Part shown: one piece after another, positions 37,960-47,092 of the stretch
Position numbering within the stretch: the first letter of the stretch is position 1
Layout: the number at the start of each line of letters is the position of its first letter
IMG/VR virus record: IMGVR_UViG_3300021400_001366
Location: 1-64,000 of that record
Length of the DNA stretch: 64,000 nucleotides
Origin: a virus
Lineage: Duplodnaviria > Caudoviricetes
Strand: one strand, 5' to 3'
Translations under genes and position numbers: made by a program
Notes under the pieces: generated by a model
Seen by the model: the letters and a program-made list of their open reading frames with translations, nothing else
Database searches by the model: none
Told to the model about the DNA's origin: nothing

Positions 37960-38043
37960 GCCCGATTGGTGGAATAGCAGACACTCGGCACTTAAAATGC
38001 CGTACCGTTAGGTGTGCAGGTGCAAATCCTGTATCGGGCACCA
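37960..38043 (+). tRNA. trnL: tRNA-Leu(UAA)
   Basis: cloverleaf with variable arm, ctTAAaa, ACCA. Confidence 0.95.
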
Positions 38044-38075
38044 TTAATATTGAATAGGAAAAGGAGACTAAGATC

Positions 38076-38711
38076 ATGCGTGAAGAAATGACTGTCCACC
38101 AGGCACTCTGCGAACTGAAGGTGCTGAGCAAGCGCGTTCAGAAGGGAATCCAGACCATTAAGCCGATCTCCGTGAAGGAACATGCTTCTTCCAAGGTTGA
38201 CGGCATGGACGTTGCCGAGTTCAAGAAGAACGCGGAAAGCGACTATGCGTCCGTGACCACCCTGATTAACCGCTGGATGGCCATTAAGGAAGCAATCAGC
38301 AAGTACAACGCTTCCAAGGTTGTCACCGTAGCCGGTAAGGAGTATACCATCGCTCAGGCGATTTGGTATATGAACTACGACCTAGCCGATAAGACGCAGT
38401 TGCTCGAACGTCTGACCAAGATGTACAACACCTGCAACGCCAACATCGAAAAGGCCAACGGCGAGAACCTTAACCGCCGCGCTGAAGCTGCTATGGAGAG
38501 CATCTACGGTGCAAAGGAAAAGGCGAACAGCGATGACTACCTCGAGGGCCTGGAAGCATACAAGACCGCACACGCGATGGAGCTGGTTGACCCGCTCAAG
38601 ATCCGTGATGTGATCGAGAAGCTGGACGAGGAAATCTCCAACTTCAAGTCTGGCGTGGACGCTGCCATCCAGATTGCGAACGCTACTACTACGATTGTGA
38701 TCGAGTATTAA
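38076..38711 (+). CDS. helical/coiled-coil protein with MTVHQALxELK N-terminus
   Basis: 211 aa, strong RBS, strongly biased codon use. Confidence 0.85.
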   Translation: MREEMTVHQALCELKVLSKRVQKGIQTIKPISVKEHASSKVDGMDVAEFKKNAESDYASVTTLINRWMAIKEAISKYNASKVVTVAGKEYTIAQAIWYMNYDLADKTQLLERLTKMYNTCNANIEKANGENLNRRAEAAMESIYGAKEKANSDDYLEGLEAYKTAHAMELVDPLKIRDVIEKLDEEISNFKSGVDAAIQIANATTTIVIEY

Positions 38712-38718
38712 GCCTTTG

Positions 38719-39098
38719 CTTGCCTATGCAGCGAAAACCGTAAACCCGCTTTCCCTCCGTCGATATGCCGTCATGACTGAGGTTAAAAGTTAAACAGACG
38801 GTAACAGAAGAAATTGATATTTTCTTAATAAGTAAATTTGATTTGCGCTATGGCGTAAGTGTAAATTTATTGATTACTGAAAATTGATTATTTCTTACTG
38901 ATTGACTGAATATTGAATATGCCGCGCGTTCTTTTTATAGGGTGAATAGAAGATTATTCAACAAAAAAGTTGGCGGCACTAATACTCAATATTGAAGGAT
39001 TTGAATACTGCTGATTGGTTATTAAAATCCATGAAGCAAGGTTCGCCATTGAAAACGGATTGGGCTTCGGTTGTCCTCATGGCTGCTGTGTAGGCAAG
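38719..39098 (+). ncRNA. putative ~380-nt structured RNA
   Basis: 14-bp closing stem 38719-38732 / 39085-39098, several internal hairpins, no ORF. Confidence 0.55.
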
Positions 39099-39157
39099 AC
39101 CGTTATAAAATTACGATTTTATCTCAATAGAAAAGCAGGAATTTAGGTACTTTTAAA

Positions 39158-39553
39158 ATGGCATTTTTCAAGAAAAAAGTGCAGTCTGAGCCTCCTAAAA
39201 TCCAGGAGCCGCCAAAGTGTACGCATAAGTTCAAAGACTTTCCGTGGTATGTTGAATACAAGTATTATCCCTGTGAGAAGCGATTTAAAATCGTAGTATA
39301 TGAACCATATGTTTGCGTCCTATGCGGGAAACGGATAGACAAAGAACTTTATAGACATGAAAGTTCTGGAACCAAGAAAGATGCAGATGCTTTAAAGGAA
39401 GCCATTGAAGAAAAGTACGGCGACAAAATTGAAGATCGTGTACTCATTGAGGATGAGATCAACGATTTGCAGTTGGTTGACCGCGAATACCTGAAATTCT
39501 ACGAGATGATAAAGACAGGCAAGTTCCATCCAATAGAACTTAAACTGGAATAA
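39158..39553 (+). CDS. hypothetical protein
   Basis: ORF with CxH and CxxC motifs. Confidence 0.7.
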   Translation: MAFFKKKVQSEPPKIQEPPKCTHKFKDFPWYVEYKYYPCEKRFKIVVYEPYVCVLCGKRIDKELYRHESSGTKKDADALKEAIEEKYGDKIEDRVLIEDEINDLQLVDREYLKFYEMIKTGKFHPIELKLE

Positions 39554-39631
39554 CAGCGTGTAGCTCAGTTTGTTTAGAGTGCTTGCCTTGGGAGCAAGAT
39601 GTCGCGAGTTAGAATCTCGCCACGCTGACCA
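39554..39631 (+). tRNA. trnP: tRNA-Pro(UGG)
   Basis: cagcgtg/cacgctg, cttgc-ctTGGga-gcaag, ACCA. Confidence 0.92.
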
Positions 39632-40073
39632 TCGGGTGAAATGATATATCCCGAAAATCCTTAACCTCTCATATATTTATACACAAAGGCGACGACAGTG
39701 CAAATATCTGAGAGTTTGCCCGACCAGGGAAGTCTCACTCGGTCATGGGAGTGTAGGCGCAACGCCAGATGCTTCGCCACTAGAAACAGGTCAACCATCT
39801 GGGTAGGACGTTGTTTACATTACTGAATTTGAGTAGGTAGTCTCTTTACTGAATTGAACGGCAGCGATCTACATGACGGACGCACTACCTGAAATGTGCC
39901 GTGGAACCCATAGCCAATCCCGATAACAAACCGCGAGGCGTAAAGAAAAACATTACAGTTCTGCGCGGAGTAGCAGCCCAATGGTGTGGAGTGGTTCTGG
40001 CTGATCTCTGAAACAAGTCAAGGCCAGAGTGTAGCGTGTGAGATATTGCGGATTGATTATGGGTTTTGTCTTT

Positions 40074-40158
40074 GGCCGCGTGGCGAAATAGGCAAACGCA
40101 CTGCGCTTAGAACGCAGCACCATAGAGCTTATGGGTTCGAGTCCCATCGCGGCCACCA
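40074..40158 (+). tRNA. trnL: tRNA-Leu(UAG)
   Basis: ggccgcg/cgcggcc, ctgcg-ctTAGaa-cgcag, TTCGA T-loop, ACCA. Confidence 0.95.
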
Positions 40159-40210
40159 CATCTTTATTACGCATATGCGATCATATAATCAAAATCAAAG
40201 GAGAATAGTT

Positions 40211-40891
40211 ATGGAACTGGTTTATAGTAACAATACCTCTTGCGACTATAGCTGGGAAACAGCGCCAAGCAATTCGGTCACATCCAACCTTGGCAACATT
40301 ACGATCAAGGCTGGTGATGTGTGCAATTGTCTGTCTGACATCGTGAAGCATGTGGACGAACCAACAGAATCAAAGGAAACGAAGTTGAAGCTGACCGGCG
40401 ATGCTTTCTGGCTGAAAGTTACCAAGTTCAAGGATGGCGTGGAGCAAGACAATTACAACGTTATCCCTGACATCAACGATGTCCGCATCTACAACAACAA
40501 CGCTGGCAAACCTTGCGCGGTTTACCTTGACTTTGTTGATGGTACGACCACAAGCGCGGCTGTCCGTGACCAAGACTCTTTCAATATTGAAAGTGGTATC
40601 ACGATCTGTCTGGCGAAGAAGCTGCTGGACATGAGAACCAACGGCTGCGGAAGTTCTACCTATAATAAGCTGGTCAAGTACGCAATGAAGCGTTATGAAG
40701 CCAACCGCAAGTATGACGAGATGGTAGAACAGGAAGAAGCAGAAAACGAACGCCGTTATAAGAAGCTCTGCGAGAAGAAGCAGCATCGCAAGGAACGTCT
40801 GGCCGCGAAGGAACGTGAACGGCAGATCGAGATCCAGAAGGAAGCGTTTGTTCGAGCGCTGCGTGAGTATCAGTCCGATGATTTGAAGTAA
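40211..40891 (+). CDS. hypothetical phage protein
   Basis: AGGAG RBS before ATG 40211; F.DGT.T...D.F..E.GI.ICLAKK pattern. Confidence 0.75.
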   Translation: MELVYSNNTSCDYSWETAPSNSVTSNLGNITIKAGDVCNCLSDIVKHVDEPTESKETKLKLTGDAFWLKVTKFKDGVEQDNYNVIPDINDVRIYNNNAGKPCAVYLDFVDGTTTSAAVRDQDSFNIESGITICLAKKLLDMRTNGCGSSTYNKLVKYAMKRYEANRKYDEMVEQEEAENERRYKKLCEKKQHRKERLAAKERERQIEIQKEAFVRALREYQSDDLK

Positions 40892-40910
40892 TCGAAGGGA
40901 GGCATGAGAT

Positions 40911-41696
40911 ATGATTCTGGTAACTGGCGATACGCATGGTGATTTCAGAAGATTCTCAACCTCCCGCTTCCCGCTTCAAAAGGAAATGACCAGGAGCGAT
41001 TTCGTCATCATCTGCGGTGACTTCGGCGGCGTTTGGAAGGATTCACCGGAAGAACGCTATTGGTTGGACTGGCTGAACGATAAGCCGTTTACTACGCTGT
41101 TTGTGGATGGAAATCACGAACATCATTTTAGGCTCAACCATGATTTTCCACTTCAAATGTTCGCCGGTGGTCAGGTTCATTGGATAAGAAGCAATATCCT
41201 GCATCTGATGCGCGGTGAAGTATACGAAATTGATGGCAAAAAGTTCTTCACATTCGGCGGCGCAAGTTCTCATGACATCCGAGATGGTATTCTTGATCCT
41301 GCTGAGTATGACAACCCCAGAGATTTCAAGCGTGACTACAATCTGATGGTTAGAATCAGGCAGCAGTTCAGGGTAAAAGGCGTTTCCTGGTGGCCTGAAG
41401 AGCTACCGAGCGACGCAGAAATGCAGCACGGCATTTATACGCTGGCAAAGCACGACAACAAGGTAAACTACGTGATTACGCATTGTTTGCCGCAGGAAGT
41501 TGCGTCAACATTTTCAATGGGGCTGTACAAGTCGGACAAGCTGACCATGTATTTCAATAGCTTGCTTCAAAACGGCTTACAGTTTGACCATTGGTTCTGC
41601 GGTCACTATCATGTTGATCGTCGCATAATGGGTAAGTTCGACATTATTTATGAAAACTTTATCATGCTAGGAGATGATGTCTATGAGCGAGTTTGA
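40911..41696 (+). CDS. calcineurin-like metallophosphoesterase
   Basis: GDTHG, CGDFG, DGNHE, ITH, GHYH. Confidence 0.92.
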   Translation: MILVTGDTHGDFRRFSTSRFPLQKEMTRSDFVIICGDFGGVWKDSPEERYWLDWLNDKPFTTLFVDGNHEHHFRLNHDFPLQMFAGGQVHWIRSNILHLMRGEVYEIDGKKFFTFGGASSHDIRDGILDPAEYDNPRDFKRDYNLMVRIRQQFRVKGVSWWPEELPSDAEMQHGIYTLAKHDNKVNYVITHCLPQEVASTFSMGLYKSDKLTMYFNSLLQNGLQFDHWFCGHYHVDRRIMGKFDIIYENFIMLGDDVYERV

Positions 41697-42189
41697 CCGT
41701 TCTGCCGGTTGGGTTTCGCAAGATGTGTTCGATCAAGTCAAATGGGAACGCGACACGGCGATTGCGCAGCTCAACGAAATCGGTGCTGGATTTGGCGAGA
41801 AGATGGACAATTACCAGCAGATCATACATAGCAAATGGACGGATATGGGCGACTTCTGGCAATGCGGTAACTGCAAGGCCACGCGCCTGAAACACTTCAA
41901 GTCGTATTACGGAAACACGATAGCAGGCAATCCTGGTGATTTCTGCTCTGCATGTGGTGCTAAGATGGACGGTATCAATGAAGTTCCAAAGTGCAACGTA
42001 TGCGGAAAGCGGCTTGATAAATTGGATTTGCAAGAGAAATTCGGCTTTGACTATCATGTTGGCTATGGTTCAAAGTATGACCTCATGCATCTAAAAGCAA
42101 GTTTCTGCTGTGATTGTTTCGACAAGCTCATTGACGAGATCAAAGAGAAAGCCATTATCAATCCTGTCGTTGGGGTGGATGATGAATAA
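41683..42189 (+). CDS. zinc-finger protein
   Basis: four CxxC pairs. Confidence 0.7.
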   Translation: MSEFDRSAGWVSQDVFDQVKWERDTAIAQLNEIGAGFGEKMDNYQQIIHSKWTDMGDFWQCGNCKATRLKHFKSYYGNTIAGNPGDFCSACGAKMDGINEVPKCNVCGKRLDKLDLQEKFGFDYHVGYGSKYDLMHLKASFCCDCFDKLIDEIKEKAIINPVVGVDDE

Positions 42190-42462
42190 TGGTAGCTATT
42201 ATTATTGCTTTTGCGGTGATCGTATTAATAGAAGTCGCAATTAGGATTTCAACGGCAAAGCGCCGTCGAGATTATATCAACAAATACTTTAGGAGGTTCT
42301 GATTATGGGAAATTGGAACGCTGTGCAGTTGGCTTGGATTCGCGCCTGTGAACGGAAGCTCAACAAGAAGGTTGAGTGCAAGAGCGCGGAGGATGTTCGC
42401 GTGTTGGCTAGAATGTGCGTCCAAACGTATTCGCCTGAAACGCTGATCGTTGACGGGGAGGA

Positions 42463-43047
42463 ATGACATTGAAGAAGGTTATCTTGGTTGCATGTATGTG
42501 CGTCGCTCTGTGTGTTGCGCTTGCTGCGTGTGATGGTCTTGATGATGCCACAATGTATAATACGAGAGCGGATGTCGACAAGACCATGAATGTTGCTTCC
42601 AGCCTTGCAGAGAGACAGCCTACGCCCAGCGATATTCAGTACAGCCTTGAACGCTATAATCTAACTCGTCGTGCTTATTGGGTAAATGGCATGCGAGAAA
42701 AAGCGCGAACTCTACCCTGTCCGATTGCGGATGTCCCGATGGGTTATGTCGTACTCCTGACTGAGAGCGGCGGTGTAGTTGGTCGTTTTGAAGTCGATGG
42801 CAAGGTTTCAAGTCTGAATAGCTATCTTACACCTGATAGCGAATACTTTGAAATTGTTTATGGCGGCTATGGTACTTACTACAATAAATGGATTGCCGAT
42901 GTAGATGGCAGCTATGGCGAGAATGACAACGGTATTTTCTTCTTCACACCCGATGATCGCTATATAGAGTGGAGTGGCATTTACCTGTATTCAGACATTC
43001 CGTTTGAAGTCGAAAATCCTGTTGTGACGTACAATATAGGAGGCTAA
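42463..43047 (+). CDS. predicted lipoprotein
   Basis: signal peptide with LAAC lipobox. Confidence 0.75.
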   Translation: MTLKKVILVACMCVALCVALAACDGLDDATMYNTRADVDKTMNVASSLAERQPTPSDIQYSLERYNLTRRAYWVNGMREKARTLPCPIADVPMGYVVLLTESGGVVGRFEVDGKVSSLNSYLTPDSEYFEIVYGGYGTYYNKWIADVDGSYGENDNGIFFFTPDDRYIEWSGIYLYSDIPFEVENPVVTYNIGG

Positions 43048-43048
43048 T

Positions 43049-43426
43049 ATGAGAGAAGCGGCAATAATCGTTTTGACGGTGGTTATCGCCCTATTCCTTT
43101 TGTGGGCTTTTACGCCTTATGGCAGAGGGATTATCAACCGCCATTCCTATGAAATCCAGAAGGTCGATGACGCGACCAGCTACAAGACGCTGAAACAGGT
43201 CGAAGATACAGCCAGGGCAATGATTTCCAGCTATGAAGCGGACAAGCTGATGTACGAACAGTATATCGGAAGTGACAACCTCGAAGAAAGAAGCTGGGCG
43301 AATCAGGCAAAGAACAGGGCGAACAAGACCGCGAGTTCTTATAACAACTACATCTTGCAGAATAGTTTTGTCTGGCGCGACAACATCCCCTCTGATATTC
43401 GATCGTCGTTAGAGGTAATCCAATGA
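43049..43426 (+). CDS. membrane-anchored protein
   Basis: N-terminal TM helix; coupled to the lipoprotein gene. Confidence 0.75.
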   Translation: MREAAIIVLTVVIALFLLWAFTPYGRGIINRHSYEIQKVDDATSYKTLKQVEDTARAMISSYEADKLMYEQYIGSDNLEERSWANQAKNRANKTASSYNNYILQNSFVWRDNIPSDIRSSLEVIQ

Positions 43427-43577
43427 AAGAGTTTTGTAAAATCTTGTTTTGCGTGATTGTTTTTTGTAGTATTACGATGACTAAGATCGACGGGTATACA
43501 CCATTTCAGGCGTTTCTAATTCGTTTAATTGCGTTTGTGATTGAATTTGGTTTGCTATATGGCGGAGGTTTCTTCTC

Positions 43578-44696
43578 TTGAAGGTTAAAAAGGATAAACA
43601 ATTCATAGTTTTTGACTTTGAGGATGGCAATACATGTAAGTATGACCTGGCTCAGAAGAAGATGATTGGCAAGCGCGGCGGCAACGTCAAGAGCCTGAAT
43701 AACCAGTTATCAGGTTTGAAGCCTAATGAGCTGATCGATTCATGCACAGATCGGAACTATGCGGACTTTCTGTATTTTGTCAAAAATTTAGTCGAAATGA
43801 AAGGATGTACCATCAAGAATGTTGGTACAATTCTGAAGCACGTCAGTGAATACAGCCTTTTTGAGCAATTCTTTTCCGCTGGTCTTAAACATATAAGGGC
43901 AGATTTCGGCTATTACATTTCAGAGGTTCCCGCTGGACTTATCAAGCTGTGCAAGAATTTCGATATAACGCTGGATAACGATTTGGTCAGGTTCTATAAG
44001 TCGAACCCAGATGCTTACAACACCGCGTATTCATTGCAGTATGAGTCGTTGGATTGGCAAGATGTTTTGTACTTCACAACCGCCTATATTTGCGATAATA
44101 GCACTAACTGGAAGCGCAAAAGCATTTTCACTGTCCTCATTGACAATTACGGCTACAACGCAAAGTCGCTCATGCTGTATGTTGACCGGTTGAAAACATT
44201 TGAAGCGATAGACCGAATGTCGAATCTGGTCAGGGAACTTTATGACTACGCTTCGATGATGCAGCGCATTGGCGGCAGATTTGACCGTTATCCGCGACAT
44301 TGGCTGACTACTCACATGATCGCGTCAAGGAACTACAACCGGCTCAGACAGACGTTCGATGAAAATGCGTTTGCGGAGCGCATTGACCAGGGTATGCAAT
44401 GGAAGTATGGCGACTACATCTTCATCTATCCGAAGTCAACTCAGGAGATCAAGGATGAAGCGGTTGCGCAGAATAATTGTGTTGCTTCCTACATAAAGCG
44501 TGTGATTGACGGTGACTGTCATATCATGTTCATGCGGTACAAGAACGCGCCTGATGAATCGCTGGTTACTCTTGAAATCAAGAATAACAGAATCGTTCAG
44601 GCAAAGCGCCACTATAACTACGATGTCACGCAATCGCAGAGTGAAGCCATTGAAGCGTGGAATCGCTGGAACAAGAGAAGGGTGGAGGCCGCATAA
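43578..44696 (+). CDS. PcfJ-like protein
   Basis: C-terminal PKS..EI.DEAV.QNNCVASY...I.FMR...SLVTLEI...QAKR. Confidence 0.85.
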   Translation: MKVKKDKQFIVFDFEDGNTCKYDLAQKKMIGKRGGNVKSLNNQLSGLKPNELIDSCTDRNYADFLYFVKNLVEMKGCTIKNVGTILKHVSEYSLFEQFFSAGLKHIRADFGYYISEVPAGLIKLCKNFDITLDNDLVRFYKSNPDAYNTAYSLQYESLDWQDVLYFTTAYICDNSTNWKRKSIFTVLIDNYGYNAKSLMLYVDRLKTFEAIDRMSNLVRELYDYASMMQRIGGRFDRYPRHWLTTHMIASRNYNRLRQTFDENAFAERIDQGMQWKYGDYIFIYPKSTQEIKDEAVAQNNCVASYIKRVIDGDCHIMFMRYKNAPDESLVTLEIKNNRIVQAKRHYNYDVTQSQSEAIEAWNRWNKRRVEAA

Positions 44697-44958
44697 TGGG
44701 CGTAGAGTTTACGGGCGGTACGCTGTTTATGGCTGACGGAACTAAGCTGATGGATTTGACCGATGTTACGACGATCAACCCAGAAGTTGAGCAGCATAAG
44801 CCTATTTCATTCAACACGGAAATAAGCGGCACATTCACGTTTGATTCTCCATGTACAAAACGCGGCTTAATCAGGTTACATAGGGCGCTGCTTGGCAATC
44901 TGCTACCCAAAGAGTTAGGCAGACGCAGACAAATTAAGAAAGCAATGAGGATGATGAG

Positions 44959-45468
44959 ATGCAGTTTTTCAAAGTAAGCAGAGAGCAGTTTGAGAAGGAT
45001 TGGGAAGATTGTAAGAAGAATTTTGCTGGCTATATGACTTACGATTCTTATAACAACAATCCGTATGACGAAATAAAGCTGCCGAAACGCGCAACGAAGG
45101 GATCGGCTGGCTATGATTTCTATTCTCCGCTGGAGTTTACGCTGGCTCCTGGTGAGATTATAAAGTTCCCCACGGGTATTCGCGCGAAGATCGACAATGG
45201 ATGGGCGCTGCTGATGTTCCCACGAAGTGGTCTGGGTTTTAAGTACAGGCTTCAGCTCAATAACACGGTTGGCATTATTGATTCTGACTATTTCAGTGCC
45301 AACAATGAAGGGCATATCTTTATCAAGCTGACCAACGATGGTGACAAGCGTCTGTATGTTGAGAAGGGCGATGCCATTGTTCAGGGTATTTTCATGCCGT
45401 TTGGCGTAACGGTTGACGATGATGCAGACGGTGTGCGCGTTGGCGGTTTCGGGAGTACAAGCAAGTGA
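44959..45468 (+). CDS. dut: trimeric dUTPase
   Basis: SAGYDF, PRSGLG, GIIDSDY, QGIF, RVGGFGST. Confidence 0.95.
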   Translation: MQFFKVSREQFEKDWEDCKKNFAGYMTYDSYNNNPYDEIKLPKRATKGSAGYDFYSPLEFTLAPGEIIKFPTGIRAKIDNGWALLMFPRSGLGFKYRLQLNNTVGIIDSDYFSANNEGHIFIKLTNDGDKRLYVEKGDAIVQGIFMPFGVTVDDDADGVRVGGFGSTSK

Positions 45469-46490
45469 CACTTAAAGAGATTTCCGAGAAGATCACGTCG
45501 GATGAGTATGGTTTCCTCTATTCCAATGAGAACCTTTGCGAAAATCTGATTCTTGTTGGGCTTGGAGGAAGCCACGCTTACGGTACAAACACAGATGAAA
45601 GTGATCTGGATATTCGCGGGATTGCAACAAATACAAGGCATAACATTCTGGTTGGCAAAGATTTTGAACAGGTCGTAGATGTTAAGACGGACACGACGAT
45701 CTATTCCTTTGACAAGATGATTAAGCTGCTGTGCGCGTGTAATCCTAACTGCATTGAGCTTGTCGGGCTAAAACCAGAACACTATCTGTATATCACGGAT
45801 GTCGGTCAGTATATCGTAGATCATGCTTCCATGTTCTTGAGCAAGAGGGCAATCCATTCATTCGGCGGTTATGCCAATGCTCAATTGCGGAGATTGGACA
45901 ACAAGGCGGCAAAGGATGCCGACCAGGTAGAGCGCGAAAAGCACATTCTTGAAAGTCTCAAAAATGCGTCGTATAGCTTTAAGGATAGGTACAGTGATGC
46001 TCCAAGCGATGCGATCAAGCTCTATACGGATGAATCCTCACGGGATGAATTTGAAGAAGAGATTTTCATGGATATTGTCTTGCATCATTATCCGCTGAGA
46101 GATTACGCCGGTATGATTTCAGAGTACCAGTCGATCATCAGGCAGTATAACAAATGCGGCAGACGCAATGACCGAGCGTATACGCATGGTAAAATCGCCA
46201 AACACATGATGCATCTGGTCAGGCTGTATCTAATGTGCTTCGATATTCTGATTGACGGCAAGGTTGTAACTTATCGTGAGAAGGAACACGACATGCTGAT
46301 GGACATTCGCAATGGCAAGTTCCTGGATGAGAATAATCAGCCGAAGAAAGTGTTCTATGAGCTGGTTGACGAGCTGGACAGCAAGCTGGCCTACTGGAAG
46401 GAACATACCGACCTTCCTGATTCTCCAGATATGTCGAAGGTTGAAGCACTGGTAGAAAAGGTAAACGGTGATATTTGTGGCAAAGAGTAA
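45465..46490 (+). CDS. DNA polymerase beta-superfamily nucleotidyltransferase (RlaP/YcgL-like)
   Basis: GGSHAYGTNTDESDLDIRG; NPNCIE; KHMMHLVRL. Confidence 0.88.
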   Translation: MTLKEISEKITSDEYGFLYSNENLCENLILVGLGGSHAYGTNTDESDLDIRGIATNTRHNILVGKDFEQVVDVKTDTTIYSFDKMIKLLCACNPNCIELVGLKPEHYLYITDVGQYIVDHASMFLSKRAIHSFGGYANAQLRRLDNKAAKDADQVEREKHILESLKNASYSFKDRYSDAPSDAIKLYTDESSRDEFEEEIFMDIVLHHYPLRDYAGMISEYQSIIRQYNKCGRRNDRAYTHGKIAKHMMHLVRLYLMCFDILIDGKVVTYREKEHDMLMDIRNGKFLDENNQPKKVFYELVDELDSKLAYWKEHTDLPDSPDMSKVEALVEKVNGDICGKE

Positions 46491-46848
46491 TTCTTTTACC
46501 TGTCCGAAGTGTGGTTCTACATCATTCGATTTAAGACAGGCGGGAAGGTATACCGAGATCGTATGTCGGGATTGCGGTACATTTATACGCTACCTGAGAA
46601 ACGGCAACGACATTAAACGGGCGTTTGAGATGCTGCGAAAAGAAGGTAGAGACATGAGGGCGCAAAAGGTCATCAAGAAAATTGGTGATGTTATAACGGT
46701 GCGCTGCGATCTCTGCTTTACCATCTTATACAGTAGCGCATTTCCTCCTATTCCTAATGGTCAATACGACGTACTGAAAGCAAACTACTGCCCGAATTGT
46801 GGCAAAGAGTTTGTCGATGAACAGAAAATATTCACAAAACCGACGTAA
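46468..46848 (+). CDS. zinc-ribbon protein
   Basis: CPKC, CRDC, CDLC, CPNC. Confidence 0.65.
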   Translation: MIFVAKSNSFTCPKCGSTSFDLRQAGRYTEIVCRDCGTFIRYLRNGNDIKRAFEMLRKEGRDMRAQKVIKKIGDVITVRCDLCFTILYSSAFPPIPNGQYDVLKANYCPNCGKEFVDEQKIFTKPT

Positions 46849-47092
46849 ATACTTAATGACAGAGTTTGCCGATTGTGGTATAATCTATATCAGAAAATGA
46901 AGGAGGGGCTTAAACATGGTATGTTCAAGGTGTATCAAACCGATGAAGCGTGTCCTGCGCTTTAATGGCAAAACGAGCTATGAACTGTACAAGTGTCCTA
47001 TATGCGGCGCTGAATCCAAACCCACGCCTTTTATTTTGTATGGTAAAAATCTGTCGTTATGCAATGACACGAAAAGATATAGAGGTGCATAG

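Noticed and set aside
39688-39780. Additional tRNA gene
   Set aside because: The ends pair (ggcga/tcgcc), but I could not build a canonical cloverleaf, anticodon arm or CCA end
39986-40210. N-terminal extension of ORF 39986-40891, and ORFs 37395-37610 and 37934-38131
   Set aside because: They overlap tRNA genes; the likely start is ATG 40211 with an RBS
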